DNA of 64,000 nucleotides from assembly GCA_001781435.1 (NCBI GenBank), contig MFLV01000011.1:11268-75267 (forward strand), written 5' to 3'. Both the position numbers and the translations under genes were made by a program. The stretch is from Candidatus Kaiserbacteria bacterium RIFCSPLOWO2_01_FULL_51_21. Its GTDB lineage: Bacteria; Patescibacteriota; Minisyncoccia; Phycocordibacterales; 2-01-FULL-51-21. The notes under the pieces were generated by a model that saw only the letters and a program-made list of their open reading frames with translations, was not told where the DNA came from and ran no database searches. Below are positions 26,408-34,758 of this stretch, one piece after another (the first letter of the stretch is position 1; the number at the start of each line of letters is the position of its first letter).

Positions 26408-27655
26408 ATGCGCTACGCCCGAAGGCTCATACCGGATTTCTTTTTCAATTACTATCATTATGCCCTCGCTTTTCTCGGGGCACTCATCTATCGCTTTCCC
26501 TCCTCCAAGCTTACCGTTATCGCCGTAACCGGCACCAAGGGGAAGTCGACAACCGTTGAGCTCGTAAATGCCATCCTTGAAGAGAGCGGGTTCAAAACCG
26601 CGATCGCGGGAACCATTCGCTTTAAAATAGGAAACAAATCAAGGCCAAATCTTTACAAGATGACTATGCCGGGGCGCTTTTTTCTCCAAAAATTCCTCCG
26701 GCAGGCAGTTGATAGCGGCTGCCGTTATGCAGTCCTTGAGATGACGTCGGAGGGCGTAAGGCAGTTTCGGCACAAATATATCGAGCTTGACGCGCTCATT
26801 TTCACAAATATCGCGCCCGAGCATATCGAGTCGCACGGCTCGTTCGAAAAATATCTCGAGGCGAAATTGAAGCTTGTTGGATCGCTCGCCCGCTCCACAA
26901 AAAAGCGCCGTATCATGGTTGCAAATGCCGATGATGCACAGGGAAAAACATTTCTCGCGGCCGCCGGCGCTTCAGAGAAATTTCCCTTTCGCCTTGCAGA
27001 TGCGAAACCCTTTTCCCTGACAGAGAAGGGCATCGATTTCACCTTCGCCAGCCATGCCATGCACTCGCCGCTTATCGGAGAGTTCAATCTTATGAACATT
27101 CTCGCCGCTACGACCCTCGCCAATTCATATGATATATCCTCTGGAACCATTGCACGCGCGCTTGGAAAGGTCCGGCACATTCCCGGACGAGTCGAGTTTG
27201 TCAGCGAAGGACAGCCGTTTAAAGTCGTTGTCGATTATGCCCACACACCCGATTCGCTGCACGCACTCTTCGAGGCGTTTAAAAACAAACGCTTGGTCTG
27301 CATTATCGGCTCGACTGGCGGTGGCCGCGACACGTGGAACCGCCCGCAAAAAGGCACAATCGCTGACCAGTACTGTGATGTCTCAATCATCACTGACGAA
27401 GACCCCTATGATGAAGACCCCGAGAAAATTGTCGCAGAGATAGCAAAAGGTTTTTCAAAACACAAGCCAGAGATTATCATGGACCGCCGCGAGGCAATTC
27501 GAAAAGCAATTTCACTCGCCAAAGCGGACGACGCGGTTCTTATTACCGGGAAAGGCACTGACCCCTACATGATGACTGCCCGCGGTAGGAAAATCCCCTG
27601 GAGCGACACGAAAATCGCGCGAGAAGAGTTACGCGCTATGTCTGGACACGGATAG
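26408..27655 (+). CDS. murE: MurE-type Mur ligase
   Basis: VTGTKGKSTT, EMTS, FTN...EH, PGRVE, VVDYAHTPD, GGGRD, ITGKG. Confidence 0.85.
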   Translation: MRYARRLIPDFFFNYYHYALAFLGALIYRFPSSKLTVIAVTGTKGKSTTVELVNAILEESGFKTAIAGTIRFKIGNKSRPNLYKMTMPGRFFLQKFLRQAVDSGCRYAVLEMTSEGVRQFRHKYIELDALIFTNIAPEHIESHGSFEKYLEAKLKLVGSLARSTKKRRIMVANADDAQGKTFLAAAGASEKFPFRLADAKPFSLTEKGIDFTFASHAMHSPLIGEFNLMNILAATTLANSYDISSGTIARALGKVRHIPGRVEFVSEGQPFKVVVDYAHTPDSLHALFEAFKNKRLVCIIGSTGGGRDTWNRPQKGTIADQYCDVSIITDEDPYDEDPEKIVAEIAKGFSKHKPEIIMDRREAIRKAISLAKADDAVLITGKGTDPYMMTARGRKIPWSDTKIAREELRAMSGHG

Positions 27656-27731
27656 CGATGTGGAAAAACATATTACTTCTTAACAGAACGGGTATGAGAG
27701 CATACAATAGAGACGTCCCTAACCCAAAAAG

Positions 27732-28613
27732 ATGAACGCTAAAAACGATTTATTTTTCTTTCTTTTTATACTCTTTGTCGTCGGCATTGCCTGGCTTTTA
27801 ACCGGGGGTCCAGAGAAGCTTACCAGCCGAAACCCTTTCCTCTTCCCTCCTCCACCCTTGGGAACCGGAACTACCTACGGATCAGGCGAAGGATGGTTGT
27901 CTTTCCTCAAAGGCAGTGGTAAAGAGAAGCCCTCAACAACCTCGAAAACTCCGGGCGCTACCTCTGCCAGCGCCACAGTCCAACTGCGCAGCAGCTCAGC
28001 AAAAGCGACAAAACCTTCTGAAGAATACGTAACGATTGAGGTAAAGGGGGGAGCTGTCGATATCACCGGCTGGCGCCTGAAAAGCCAAATTACCGGGAGA
28101 GAAACAACAATCGGGAAAGGGGCGGCGCTTGCATACTCCGCGCAGGTAAACCCAGAAAGCGACATCGTGCTTCAGCCGGGCGAAAAGGCAGTGATTGTAA
28201 CGGGCCGCTCTCCAATCGGAGTGTCTTTTCGGCTCAACAAATGTAGCGGCTATTTCGCGCAATTTCAAAAGTTCACCCCTTCGCTTCCCAAACATTGTCC
28301 GGCGCCAGATGAAGAACTAGACCTCTTCGGTCCAAAAAACCTTCCTGATGCGTGTATTGACTTCATTGAACGAGCACCGAGATGCCAAATGGTGGTCTCC
28401 ATGCCAACCACTCTTCCACCGGAATGTGTGCCATTTATCACCGAAAAACTAAACTATAACCAATGCGTCAGCGCTCATCGCAGTGACAGCGACTTCATCG
28501 AACACGAGTGGCGTGTCTACCTCAATCGTCCCGAGGAACTCTGGAAAGCGCAGCGCGAGGTTATCGACCTCATTGATACCTCCGGCAAAGTGATCTCAAC
28601 CGTTACGTACTAG
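27732..28613 (+). CDS. Membrane-anchored Cys-rich protein with lamin-tail-like domain
   Basis: N-terminal TM, EYV.I, VDITGW.L, multiple Cys. Confidence 0.7.
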   Translation: MNAKNDLFFFLFILFVVGIAWLLTGGPEKLTSRNPFLFPPPPLGTGTTYGSGEGWLSFLKGSGKEKPSTTSKTPGATSASATVQLRSSSAKATKPSEEYVTIEVKGGAVDITGWRLKSQITGRETTIGKGAALAYSAQVNPESDIVLQPGEKAVIVTGRSPIGVSFRLNKCSGYFAQFQKFTPSLPKHCPAPDEELDLFGPKNLPDACIDFIERAPRCQMVVSMPTTLPPECVPFITEKLNYNQCVSAHRSDSDFIEHEWRVYLNRPEELWKAQREVIDLIDTSGKVISTVTY

Positions 28614-29083
28614 CGGCCGAGCACTTGAAACAAAAATACGCCTGCGGCAACGCTGACATTGAGCGACTCTTTTTTACCGCGCATGGAAATCTCGGCAATC
28701 GTGCCGCATAAAGCAAGAAGGCGGGGCGAAATGCCCCTCTTCTCGTTGCCGAAAAGGACGGCGAGAGGAAATCGCGGTTTGAATTTTTTGTAATCAATCG
28801 CCTTCGGTGACTGTTCAACCGCCACGATATGAAACCTCCCTTCCCCCAGGCGCTTGAGAAGCGCCTGGGGGGATTTCACCTGCTCCCACGGAACAAAATC
28901 CTCCGCGCCGAGCGCCGTTTTATGGAAATCTTTGCGTTTTCTCCCGAAGCGATCAAGCGGTGCCGGCGTGTAGCCGGTGAGATATATCTTCGAGACCCCC
29001 ACCGCATCGGCGGTGCGAAAAATCGAGCCCACATTATGGACGCTTCGGATGTTATGGAGAATGAGGGCTGTTTCTTTTTTCAT
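28610..29083 (-). CDS. TrmH/SpoU-family RNA methyltransferase
   Basis: NIRSVHNVGSIFRTAD, FGNEKRG, M.G..ESLNVSVA. Confidence 0.93.
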   Translation of the reverse strand: MKKETALILHNIRSVHNVGSIFRTADAVGVSKIYLTGYTPAPLDRFGRKRKDFHKTALGAEDFVPWEQVKSPQALLKRLGEGRFHIVAVEQSPKAIDYKKFKPRFPLAVLFGNEKRGISPRLLALCGTIAEISMRGKKESLNVSVAAGVFLFQVLGR

Positions 29084-29109
29084 CCCGTTACTGTAGTACA
29101 CTATACCCT

Positions 29110-29487
29110 ATGATTCTCAATCCCTTCCCCGACCTTTTCTCTCTAAGTTTCTTCGCCCCCTTTCTTTTGCGGCTTATGCTCGGAGTATGGCTTCTCTCTT
29201 CGGCTTATCGGCATGTTCAGAGCCGACACGGCCTGGAAAACAGGCGGTTTTTTCTCTGGTGCACGGTACTCTCAAAAACGATTGTCGGAATTCTTCTCAT
29301 TGCCGGTCTTTGGACGCAAATTGCCGCGCTCCTCGCCGCCCTCATCGCACTTGAAGCACTCTTTGTTCGGAGACGCGTTCCTTTGCTCGCCGAAGAGAGT
29401 CCGTGGTTTTATCTCTTTATCCTCGCCATCTCCTTCTCCCTCCTCGTTCTCGGCGCCGGCGCGTTCGCTTTTGATGTGCCATTGTAG
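29110..29487 (+). CDS. DoxX-family membrane protein
   Basis: LLRL.LG, GL.TQIAA, GAGAFAFD. Confidence 0.75.
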   Translation: MILNPFPDLFSLSFFAPFLLRLMLGVWLLSSAYRHVQSRHGLENRRFFLWCTVLSKTIVGILLIAGLWTQIAALLAALIALEALFVRRRVPLLAEESPWFYLFILAISFSLLVLGAGAFAFDVPL

Positions 29488-29572
29488 AACAAACAACTAA
29501 CAACTCACCACCAACAATAGAAAACCACTCAGTTGTGCGTGATTGGTTGTTTGTTGTATGTTGTGTGTTATA
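29488..29572. repeat. Inverted pair of 7-bp-period arrays (ACAAC type)
   Basis: aacaaac-aactaac-aactcac-caccaac ... ttggttg-tttgttg-tatgttg-tgtgtta. Confidence 0.75.
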
Positions 29573-29582
29573 AGTTTACATA

Positions 29583-29655
29583 CCGCCCATAGCTCAGTTG
29601 GTAGAGCGGCTCCCTTTTAAGGAGAAGGTCGCAGGTTCGAATCCTGCTGGGCGGA
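29583..29655 (+). tRNA. tRNA-Lys(UUU)
   Basis: CCGCCCATAGCTCAGTTGGTAGAGC...CTTTTAA...GTTCGAATC; no encoded CCA. Confidence 0.95.
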
Positions 29656-29669
29656 CTTGTGGGACAAGT

Positions 29670-29824
29670 CCGCCGACCGGACTGAGTGCAGGCGAAGGAG
29701 GTGGGGTCGCGCAAAAATTCAACAGAATTTTATGCGTGACCGGATGCGGGGCGAATCCGCCGACCGCAGTGCGACGGCGCGAGGTGGGGTCGCGGAAATT
29801 TCTAGCAAGAAATTATCCGTGACC
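29670..29824 (+). repeat. Two tandem M1 trailer modules after tRNA-Lys
   Basis: Hairpins 29705-29741 and 29788-29824, each preceded by ccgccgaccg...gaggtgg. Confidence 0.88.
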
Positions 29825-29827
29825 GGG

Positions 29828-30547
29828 CTAAATACTAAGCACAAACCGCTCGAGCGCGGTTTCGAGGTCGTGGATACCGCGGCGGGAATCGTGGACCAGG
29901 GCGACCAGTTTTGACGAAAGGCTTTTAACTTCCTCAAGCGAATAATTTTTGAGGGACTGCTTTGCTTTTTGAAACGGAAACGGCTTCATGCTCGCCGCCT
30001 CCGCCGTCGCGGCGGAGGCGGCGAGAAGCATACTTTTTACCTGCCAGAAAAGCATGGAGGAAATGTAAGAGAGGGTGTCTTCTCCTTCGCCTTCGCTTAA
30101 AAGCGCTTTGTGAAAGAGTACCCAAAGCCTTTTGCGGTCGCGACGGCCGAGCGCATCGGTAAGCGCAAAAACATTGAACTTCTGGCCTTCCGCCGCCGGA
30201 AAATGCAAAATTTCTGCATCTGTTTTTTCGGCCCCTTCGAGAATGTCCAGCGAAACTTTCTCCTCAAAAAGAATAAACGTGTTATGCGACTCCTGCATGT
30301 CGGAAAGAAGCCCCGACACCCGCTCGATTGTCCCCTTTTCAGAAAGCACCTGGTCAAGCACTGCGATGCGCGACACTTCAAAGAGCCCCTGGCTCGCGAT
30401 GAGTCCCGCGAGCTCTTCAGGAACGAACGACTCGCTGTCAAGCATGGTTACCACTGTCTCGGGCCGCTTCGCCACCACGGCGTCAACGAGCGCGTGCAGT
30501 TTCCTGCGCGCCTTTATGTGGTCCCCGCCGTGGATAAGAAAAAGCAT
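29828..30547 (-). CDS. holA: DNA polymerase III delta subunit-like (short HolA)
   Basis: FLIHGGD, SQGLF, NVFALTDA, C-terminal ALERFVL. Confidence 0.75.
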   Translation of the reverse strand: MLFLIHGGDHIKARRKLHALVDAVVAKRPETVVTMLDSESFVPEELAGLIASQGLFEVSRIAVLDQVLSEKGTIERVSGLLSDMQESHNTFILFEEKVSLDILEGAEKTDAEILHFPAAEGQKFNVFALTDALGRRDRKRLWVLFHKALLSEGEGEDTLSYISSMLFWQVKSMLLAASAATAEAASMKPFPFQKAKQSLKNYSLEEVKSLSSKLVALVHDSRRGIHDLETALERFVLSI

Positions 30548-30549
30548 GA

Positions 30550-30618
30550 TAGTGATTAGGTTTTAGTGATTAGTTTTAAAGCATTTCTGTAACCTACAAC
30601 CTACTCACTAATCACTAG
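30550..30618. repeat. Degenerate inverted short arrays at the polA/holA junction
   Basis: tagtgattag twice ... aacctac-aacctac ... ctaatcacta. Confidence 0.55.
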
Positions 30619-33021
30619 CCTTTCCGCTTCCCCCCAATTCTTCCCCGCCGAGGCGGTAGCCGCAAACGGCACGCCCGCTGTTTCCGAAAGCGGCAAGATG
30701 CTTTCCATGATTTTTTTAATTTCCGGCACGAGTTTCTGAAGAAGTGCCGTGCGGACCTCATAGACAAGCTCATCGTGCACCTGAAGAAGAAGACGACAGT
30801 CGTTTTCGAGCTTTTCTTTTTGCAGATGCTCGTCGATTCGAATCATTGCGAGCTTGATGATATCAGCGGATGTCCCTTGGAGGGGAGCATTAATCGCCAT
30901 GCGCTCGGCAGAAGCGCGCACGTAGGGAATCGAGGAGCGGATACCCTCGAAATAGCGGCGTCTGCCGAAAAGAGTTTCGGTATAGCCGCGACGCGCTACC
31001 GCAGACTTTATTTTCTCGAGATACTCCGCAAGCCCGGAAAAATTTTTGAAATACTCATTGTAGTAGACTTGCGCTTCAGCGCGCGACGTGCCGAGGTTCG
31101 CCTTCAGCGCGTTTACGCCCATGCCATAGAGAATTCCAAAATTGATAACTTTGGCGCGGCGGCGCATTTCCCGATCCACCTGCTCTGGCGGCACCTTAAA
31201 AACCTCTGCCGCCACTGCCGCGTGGACATCGCCGCCGCTTCGAAAAATGCCGATGAGTTTGCTGTCGCCGCTCATAATTGCCGCAAGTCTGAGTTCTATC
31301 TGAGAATAATCAAGCGTAGCGATTGAAAACCCTTCGTCAGCGACAAAGGCGTTGCGAATTGCTCGTCCTAAGTCAGTACGAATGGGAATATTCTGGAGGT
31401 TCGGACTTGAGGAGGACATGCGCCCTGTCGTCGTCCCGCATTGCTCGAAATGCGCATGGAGTCGGCCACGCTCATCAACCATGAGCGGAATGTTGTCGAT
31501 GTAGGTTGAGAGTAATTTTTGGAGTTCCCGGTATTGTAAAATATCGCCGATAACCGGATGGAGGTTGCGGAGTTTCTCAAGCTCCGACTCGCGGGTTGAT
31601 TTTTGCCCGGTACTCGTTAACTTCTGATTTTTAGAAGCAAGCGCCAGTTTGTCAAAAAGCACCTCGCCAAGCTGGCGCGGGGAATTAATGTTGAAAGTCG
31701 CTCCTGCCTGCTCGTATATTTTCTTCTCGAGTTTCGCGAGTTCGCGATGGTACTTTTCTGAAAGCTCTCGGAGGTATCCGGTGTCAATTTTCACGCCCCG
31801 CGCTTGCATTTTTTCGATAATCGGCATAAGCGGCAGTTCGATCTCGCGGTAGACTCGCTCCAGGCCTTCCTTTTTGATAGCCAAGAGAAGCGCCTCCTCT
31901 GAAGCCTTAAACGAATGCTTTTTGGTGAAGTGAAGAATGTCTTCAAGCGACGGGTTCGTGGTATCGGAATGCAAGAGCCACAAGGCTATGCCCGCTCCTT
32001 TGAGTTCCCGCGGGTCAACCGCCTCTTCGAGAGCCTCCTTCTTCTCCGCTCGAGCAAGCGTTTCTCCGAAGAGCGCGCGCACGCGCACGGCGAGCGTCCG
32101 AAAACTCAAATCGGAAAAAAGTGCGAGAATAGCGCCGACATCAAGCGATTCCCGCCAGGTTTTTTTGGGAAGCGCAAAAATAATCGGTGCATCACGGCGA
32201 ATCTCCGCAAGCATCTTGCTAAAGAGCGCCTCCTCCTCCCCTTCTTTGAGTATCTCGATGATGCGCGGCGAGCAACCCACTTTTTCAAAATGCTTCGGGC
32301 CATACTTTAGCGCCTTATACATTTCTTCAATCGTGCCGAATTCCTTGATGAGCGTGCTCGCCGTTTTCTCACCGATTCCCTTAATGCCAATGATATTATC
32401 CGATGGGTCGCCGCGGAGCCCTTTGTAATCCGGAAGCGAGCGCGGCTTAAAGCCAAAGCGTTCCTTCACCGCCTTTTCATCGTAGAGAATGGTGTCATTG
32501 ATTCCTCTCCTCAGCGTATAGACGCGCACCTTCCTGTCGTCGACAAGCTGGAGTGTGTCCATGTCGCCGGAGGCAATAATGATGTCGGTGTTTTTATCTT
32601 TTTTTAATTTCTCGACAATAGTGCCGAGCATATCATCAGCCTCAAAACCCGGCGCTTCATAGATTTGAATATTGAACGCCTTAAAAATGTCGCGGGAGCG
32701 GTTGATTTGGGCCACCAAGTCGCCTTCAAGCTCGACTCGTTTTGCTTTATATCCCTCGTACGCTTCATGCCGATAGGTGGGACCGGGCAAATCGTAGCAC
32801 GCGGCAAGGTAATCGGGTTTCAAGTCATTAATGATCTTGAGAAGCATCGCTGAGAGTCCATAGAGAGCGCCGGTCGGCTCCCCCTTCGCCGAGGTGAACT
32901 GCGGAAGCGCGTGGTACGCGCGATGAATGATCGCATGCGCGTCAAGGAGCACCAATCGCTTTTTCATACCACCACCTTTCTTCGTTGATAACTTTTCTTT
33001 TGTTGCAACTTTTTTGACCAT
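30601..33021 (-). CDS. polA: DNA polymerase I (5'-3' exonuclease + polymerase; proofreading region reduced)
   Basis: HRAYHA, GFEADD, GDPSDNI, TGRMSSSSPNLQNIP, DYSQIELR, LQVHDEL. Confidence 0.98.
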   Translation of the reverse strand: MVKKVATKEKLSTKKGGGMKKRLVLLDAHAIIHRAYHALPQFTSAKGEPTGALYGLSAMLLKIINDLKPDYLAACYDLPGPTYRHEAYEGYKAKRVELEGDLVAQINRSRDIFKAFNIQIYEAPGFEADDMLGTIVEKLKKDKNTDIIIASGDMDTLQLVDDRKVRVYTLRRGINDTILYDEKAVKERFGFKPRSLPDYKGLRGDPSDNIIGIKGIGEKTASTLIKEFGTIEEMYKALKYGPKHFEKVGCSPRIIEILKEGEEEALFSKMLAEIRRDAPIIFALPKKTWRESLDVGAILALFSDLSFRTLAVRVRALFGETLARAEKKEALEEAVDPRELKGAGIALWLLHSDTTNPSLEDILHFTKKHSFKASEEALLLAIKKEGLERVYREIELPLMPIIEKMQARGVKIDTGYLRELSEKYHRELAKLEKKIYEQAGATFNINSPRQLGEVLFDKLALASKNQKLTSTGQKSTRESELEKLRNLHPVIGDILQYRELQKLLSTYIDNIPLMVDERGRLHAHFEQCGTTTGRMSSSSPNLQNIPIRTDLGRAIRNAFVADEGFSIATLDYSQIELRLAAIMSGDSKLIGIFRSGGDVHAAVAAEVFKVPPEQVDREMRRRAKVINFGILYGMGVNALKANLGTSRAEAQVYYNEYFKNFSGLAEYLEKIKSAVARRGYTETLFGRRRYFEGIRSSIPYVRASAERMAINAPLQGTSADIIKLAMIRIDEHLQKEKLENDCRLLLQVHDELVYEVRTALLQKLVPEIKKIMESILPLSETAGVPFAATASAGKNWGEAERLVISE

Positions 33022-33026
33022 GTTGC

Positions 33027-33110
33027 GTACGCGAATTACGAAGTACGAATTAAGAATTACGGAAATGCCTCAAGCTATTCGTACTTCTTACTTCGTAATT
33101 CATACTTCGA
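33027..33110. repeat. Inverted pair of 7-bp-period arrays with no gene inside, tsaE/polA junction
   Basis: gaattac-gaagtac-gaattaa-gaattac ... attcgta-cttctta-cttcgta-attcata-cttcg. Confidence 0.88.
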
Positions 33111-33534
33111 TTGTTATTTCCCGCGTTGTCTCGTCAACGAACGCAAAATGTATCTTCACCGCGTCGCGCGGTAGCGATTCTTTGACCCGGTCCGCCCACT
33201 CTACCACAATAAGGTTTTTCGGATCTTTCGCTGTTTTCTCAAAGCGAAGCTGGCGCAGTTCCTTGGGGCTTTCAAGCCGATATGCATCAATGTGTATGAG
33301 CCGCTCAAATTTTTGGTTTTGAAGAGGGTAGATTTTCTGGAGCACAAAGGTCGGACTTGTTACGATACCGGAAACCCCAAGCGCCTTCGCGAGCGCTTTT
33401 ACAAACGCGCTCTTGCCGGCGCCAAGGTCACCGTAGAGCGCCATAACCACGGCAGTGTGTCCGCGGGGTGCAAGCGCTGCGGTCACTTCTTTTGCGAAGA
33501 CTTCAAGTTCGAAAATACTGCGAACAAGTGCCAT
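33100..33534 (-). CDS. tsaE: t6A biosynthesis ATPase TsaE
   Basis: LYGDLGAGKS, VTSPTF, HIDAYRL, VEWA. Confidence 0.96.
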   Translation of the reverse strand: MALVRSIFELEVFAKEVTAALAPRGHTAVVMALYGDLGAGKSAFVKALAKALGVSGIVTSPTFVLQKIYPLQNQKFERLIHIDAYRLESPKELRQLRFEKTAKDPKNLIVVEWADRVKESLPRDAVKIHFAFVDETTREITIEV

Positions 33535-33577
33535 GCACGTATTCTAGCAAAATTCAAAATTAAACACGCCGCGATTC

Positions 33578-33763
33578 CTAGGAGTCGCGGCGTGCAACTT
33601 CGTACACCTTGCGGCAGCCCCAATACATGTACAGTCCGCGCATGGCGCTCTCTTGCCGGTCTTCTCCCTGAAGATAGGCAAGGGTGCCATAACTTCCGCA
33701 CTGCAATGTTTCGCAGCCGGAAAGCGCAAGCAGGGCAAGCATAAGTAAAAAACGAAAGACCAT
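33578..33763 (-). CDS. Small putative lipoprotein
   Basis: Lipobox LSGC after hydrophobic stretch; AAGGAG SD. Confidence 0.6.
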   Translation of the reverse strand: MVFRFLLMLALLALSGCETLQCGSYGTLAYLQGEDRQESAMRGLYMYWGCRKVYEVARRDS

Positions 33764-33796
33764 GACCTTCTCCTTCCGCTTCTAGTGTAGCAGTGC

Positions 33797-34082
33797 CAAA
33801 TAAAAATCCGCTCGTCCTATTCCCGCCGCAAGCGGACGGGGTATTCGGCGAGCGGATCTTTATTTTGAGAACCTCACGGTTCTCAACGCTTCACTGCTCT
33901 CCCCCACGGGGAAACTCCCGTGTTCCACCTGCGCTTCGCTTCGGATTCCTGCTTCACTAACTCGCAGGCATCCCCTCCCCCTTTCCTCTCTCCGCATTCA
34001 CCTCCGTAGTAAGAGCTATGGAGGTGAATGCGGATAGAAAAGAAAACGAATTCAGGCCAGAGTGTTGTGACACCCTGGCCTG
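33797..34082 (-). repeat. Densely structured intergenic region containing a second copy of module M3
   Basis: Consecutive hairpins; minus strand ggaacacgggagtttccccgt...agcagtgaagcgttgagaaccgtgaggttctca resembles 22731-22791. Confidence 0.75.
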
Positions 34083-34093
34083 TTTGCCGCTTT

Positions 34094-34600
34094 TCAACGG
34101 CAGTAGCGTTCTCGGTCGGCGCGATTCCGGCAGAACTCCCGCCGGAGGTCCCAGGACCTGATCTTGGTCCCGGACCGGTCAGAGATCCGGAACGTCCGCA
34201 CGGTGGACGTTCCGATACTCTCCCCGTCCTCGTTTACGAGGACGGCGACGAGTGCAATCTCGTCGGACCGACCCCGGAATATCTTCCGGACCGAGATCCC
34301 CATTGGCGCCCCGAGAGGCGAGATGGTCCCCGCCTCGTAGTAGAGGCCACCAGTCCCGACCTGGTAGATTTTCGCCGCATAGCGGGTCGGATTGATGACG
34401 GGAATTTCGGTATAGGACCCGAACTCCCACCTCCACCCTGGAGATGTCGTCCTCGGCTGGGACGCTACGCCAGACGAGGCGTTCACGGCAGGAGCCGCTT
34501 GGACGTGTGAGCCCTGCACCACCTCAGTACTGGTGCAAGCACCGAGCGCAAGGAGCAGAAACGCGGTGGAAAGAGCGGAAAGCATTTGACGAATGCGCAT
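34094..34600 (-). CDS. Putative lipoprotein, orphan
   Basis: MRIRQ...LLLALGAC lipobox; GGGAGG SD. Confidence 0.7.
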   Translation of the reverse strand: MRIRQMLSALSTAFLLLALGACTSTEVVQGSHVQAAPAVNASSGVASQPRTTSPGWRWEFGSYTEIPVINPTRYAAKIYQVGTGGLYYEAGTISPLGAPMGISVRKIFRGRSDEIALVAVLVNEDGESIGTSTVRTFRISDRSGTKIRSWDLRREFCRNRADRERYCR

Positions 34601-34758
34601 GGGATCCTCCCTGTTTGCGCCAGGTTTGTGCACTATGCACAGACCTCATTTGATACTCTATAACAAGCATAACATGTACAGGACAAAAAGTCAATGCTTT
34701 TCACGGCTTAAACCAAGGACAAATTGTGGAGTATTGAAAAACAAGCTACCATTGATAC

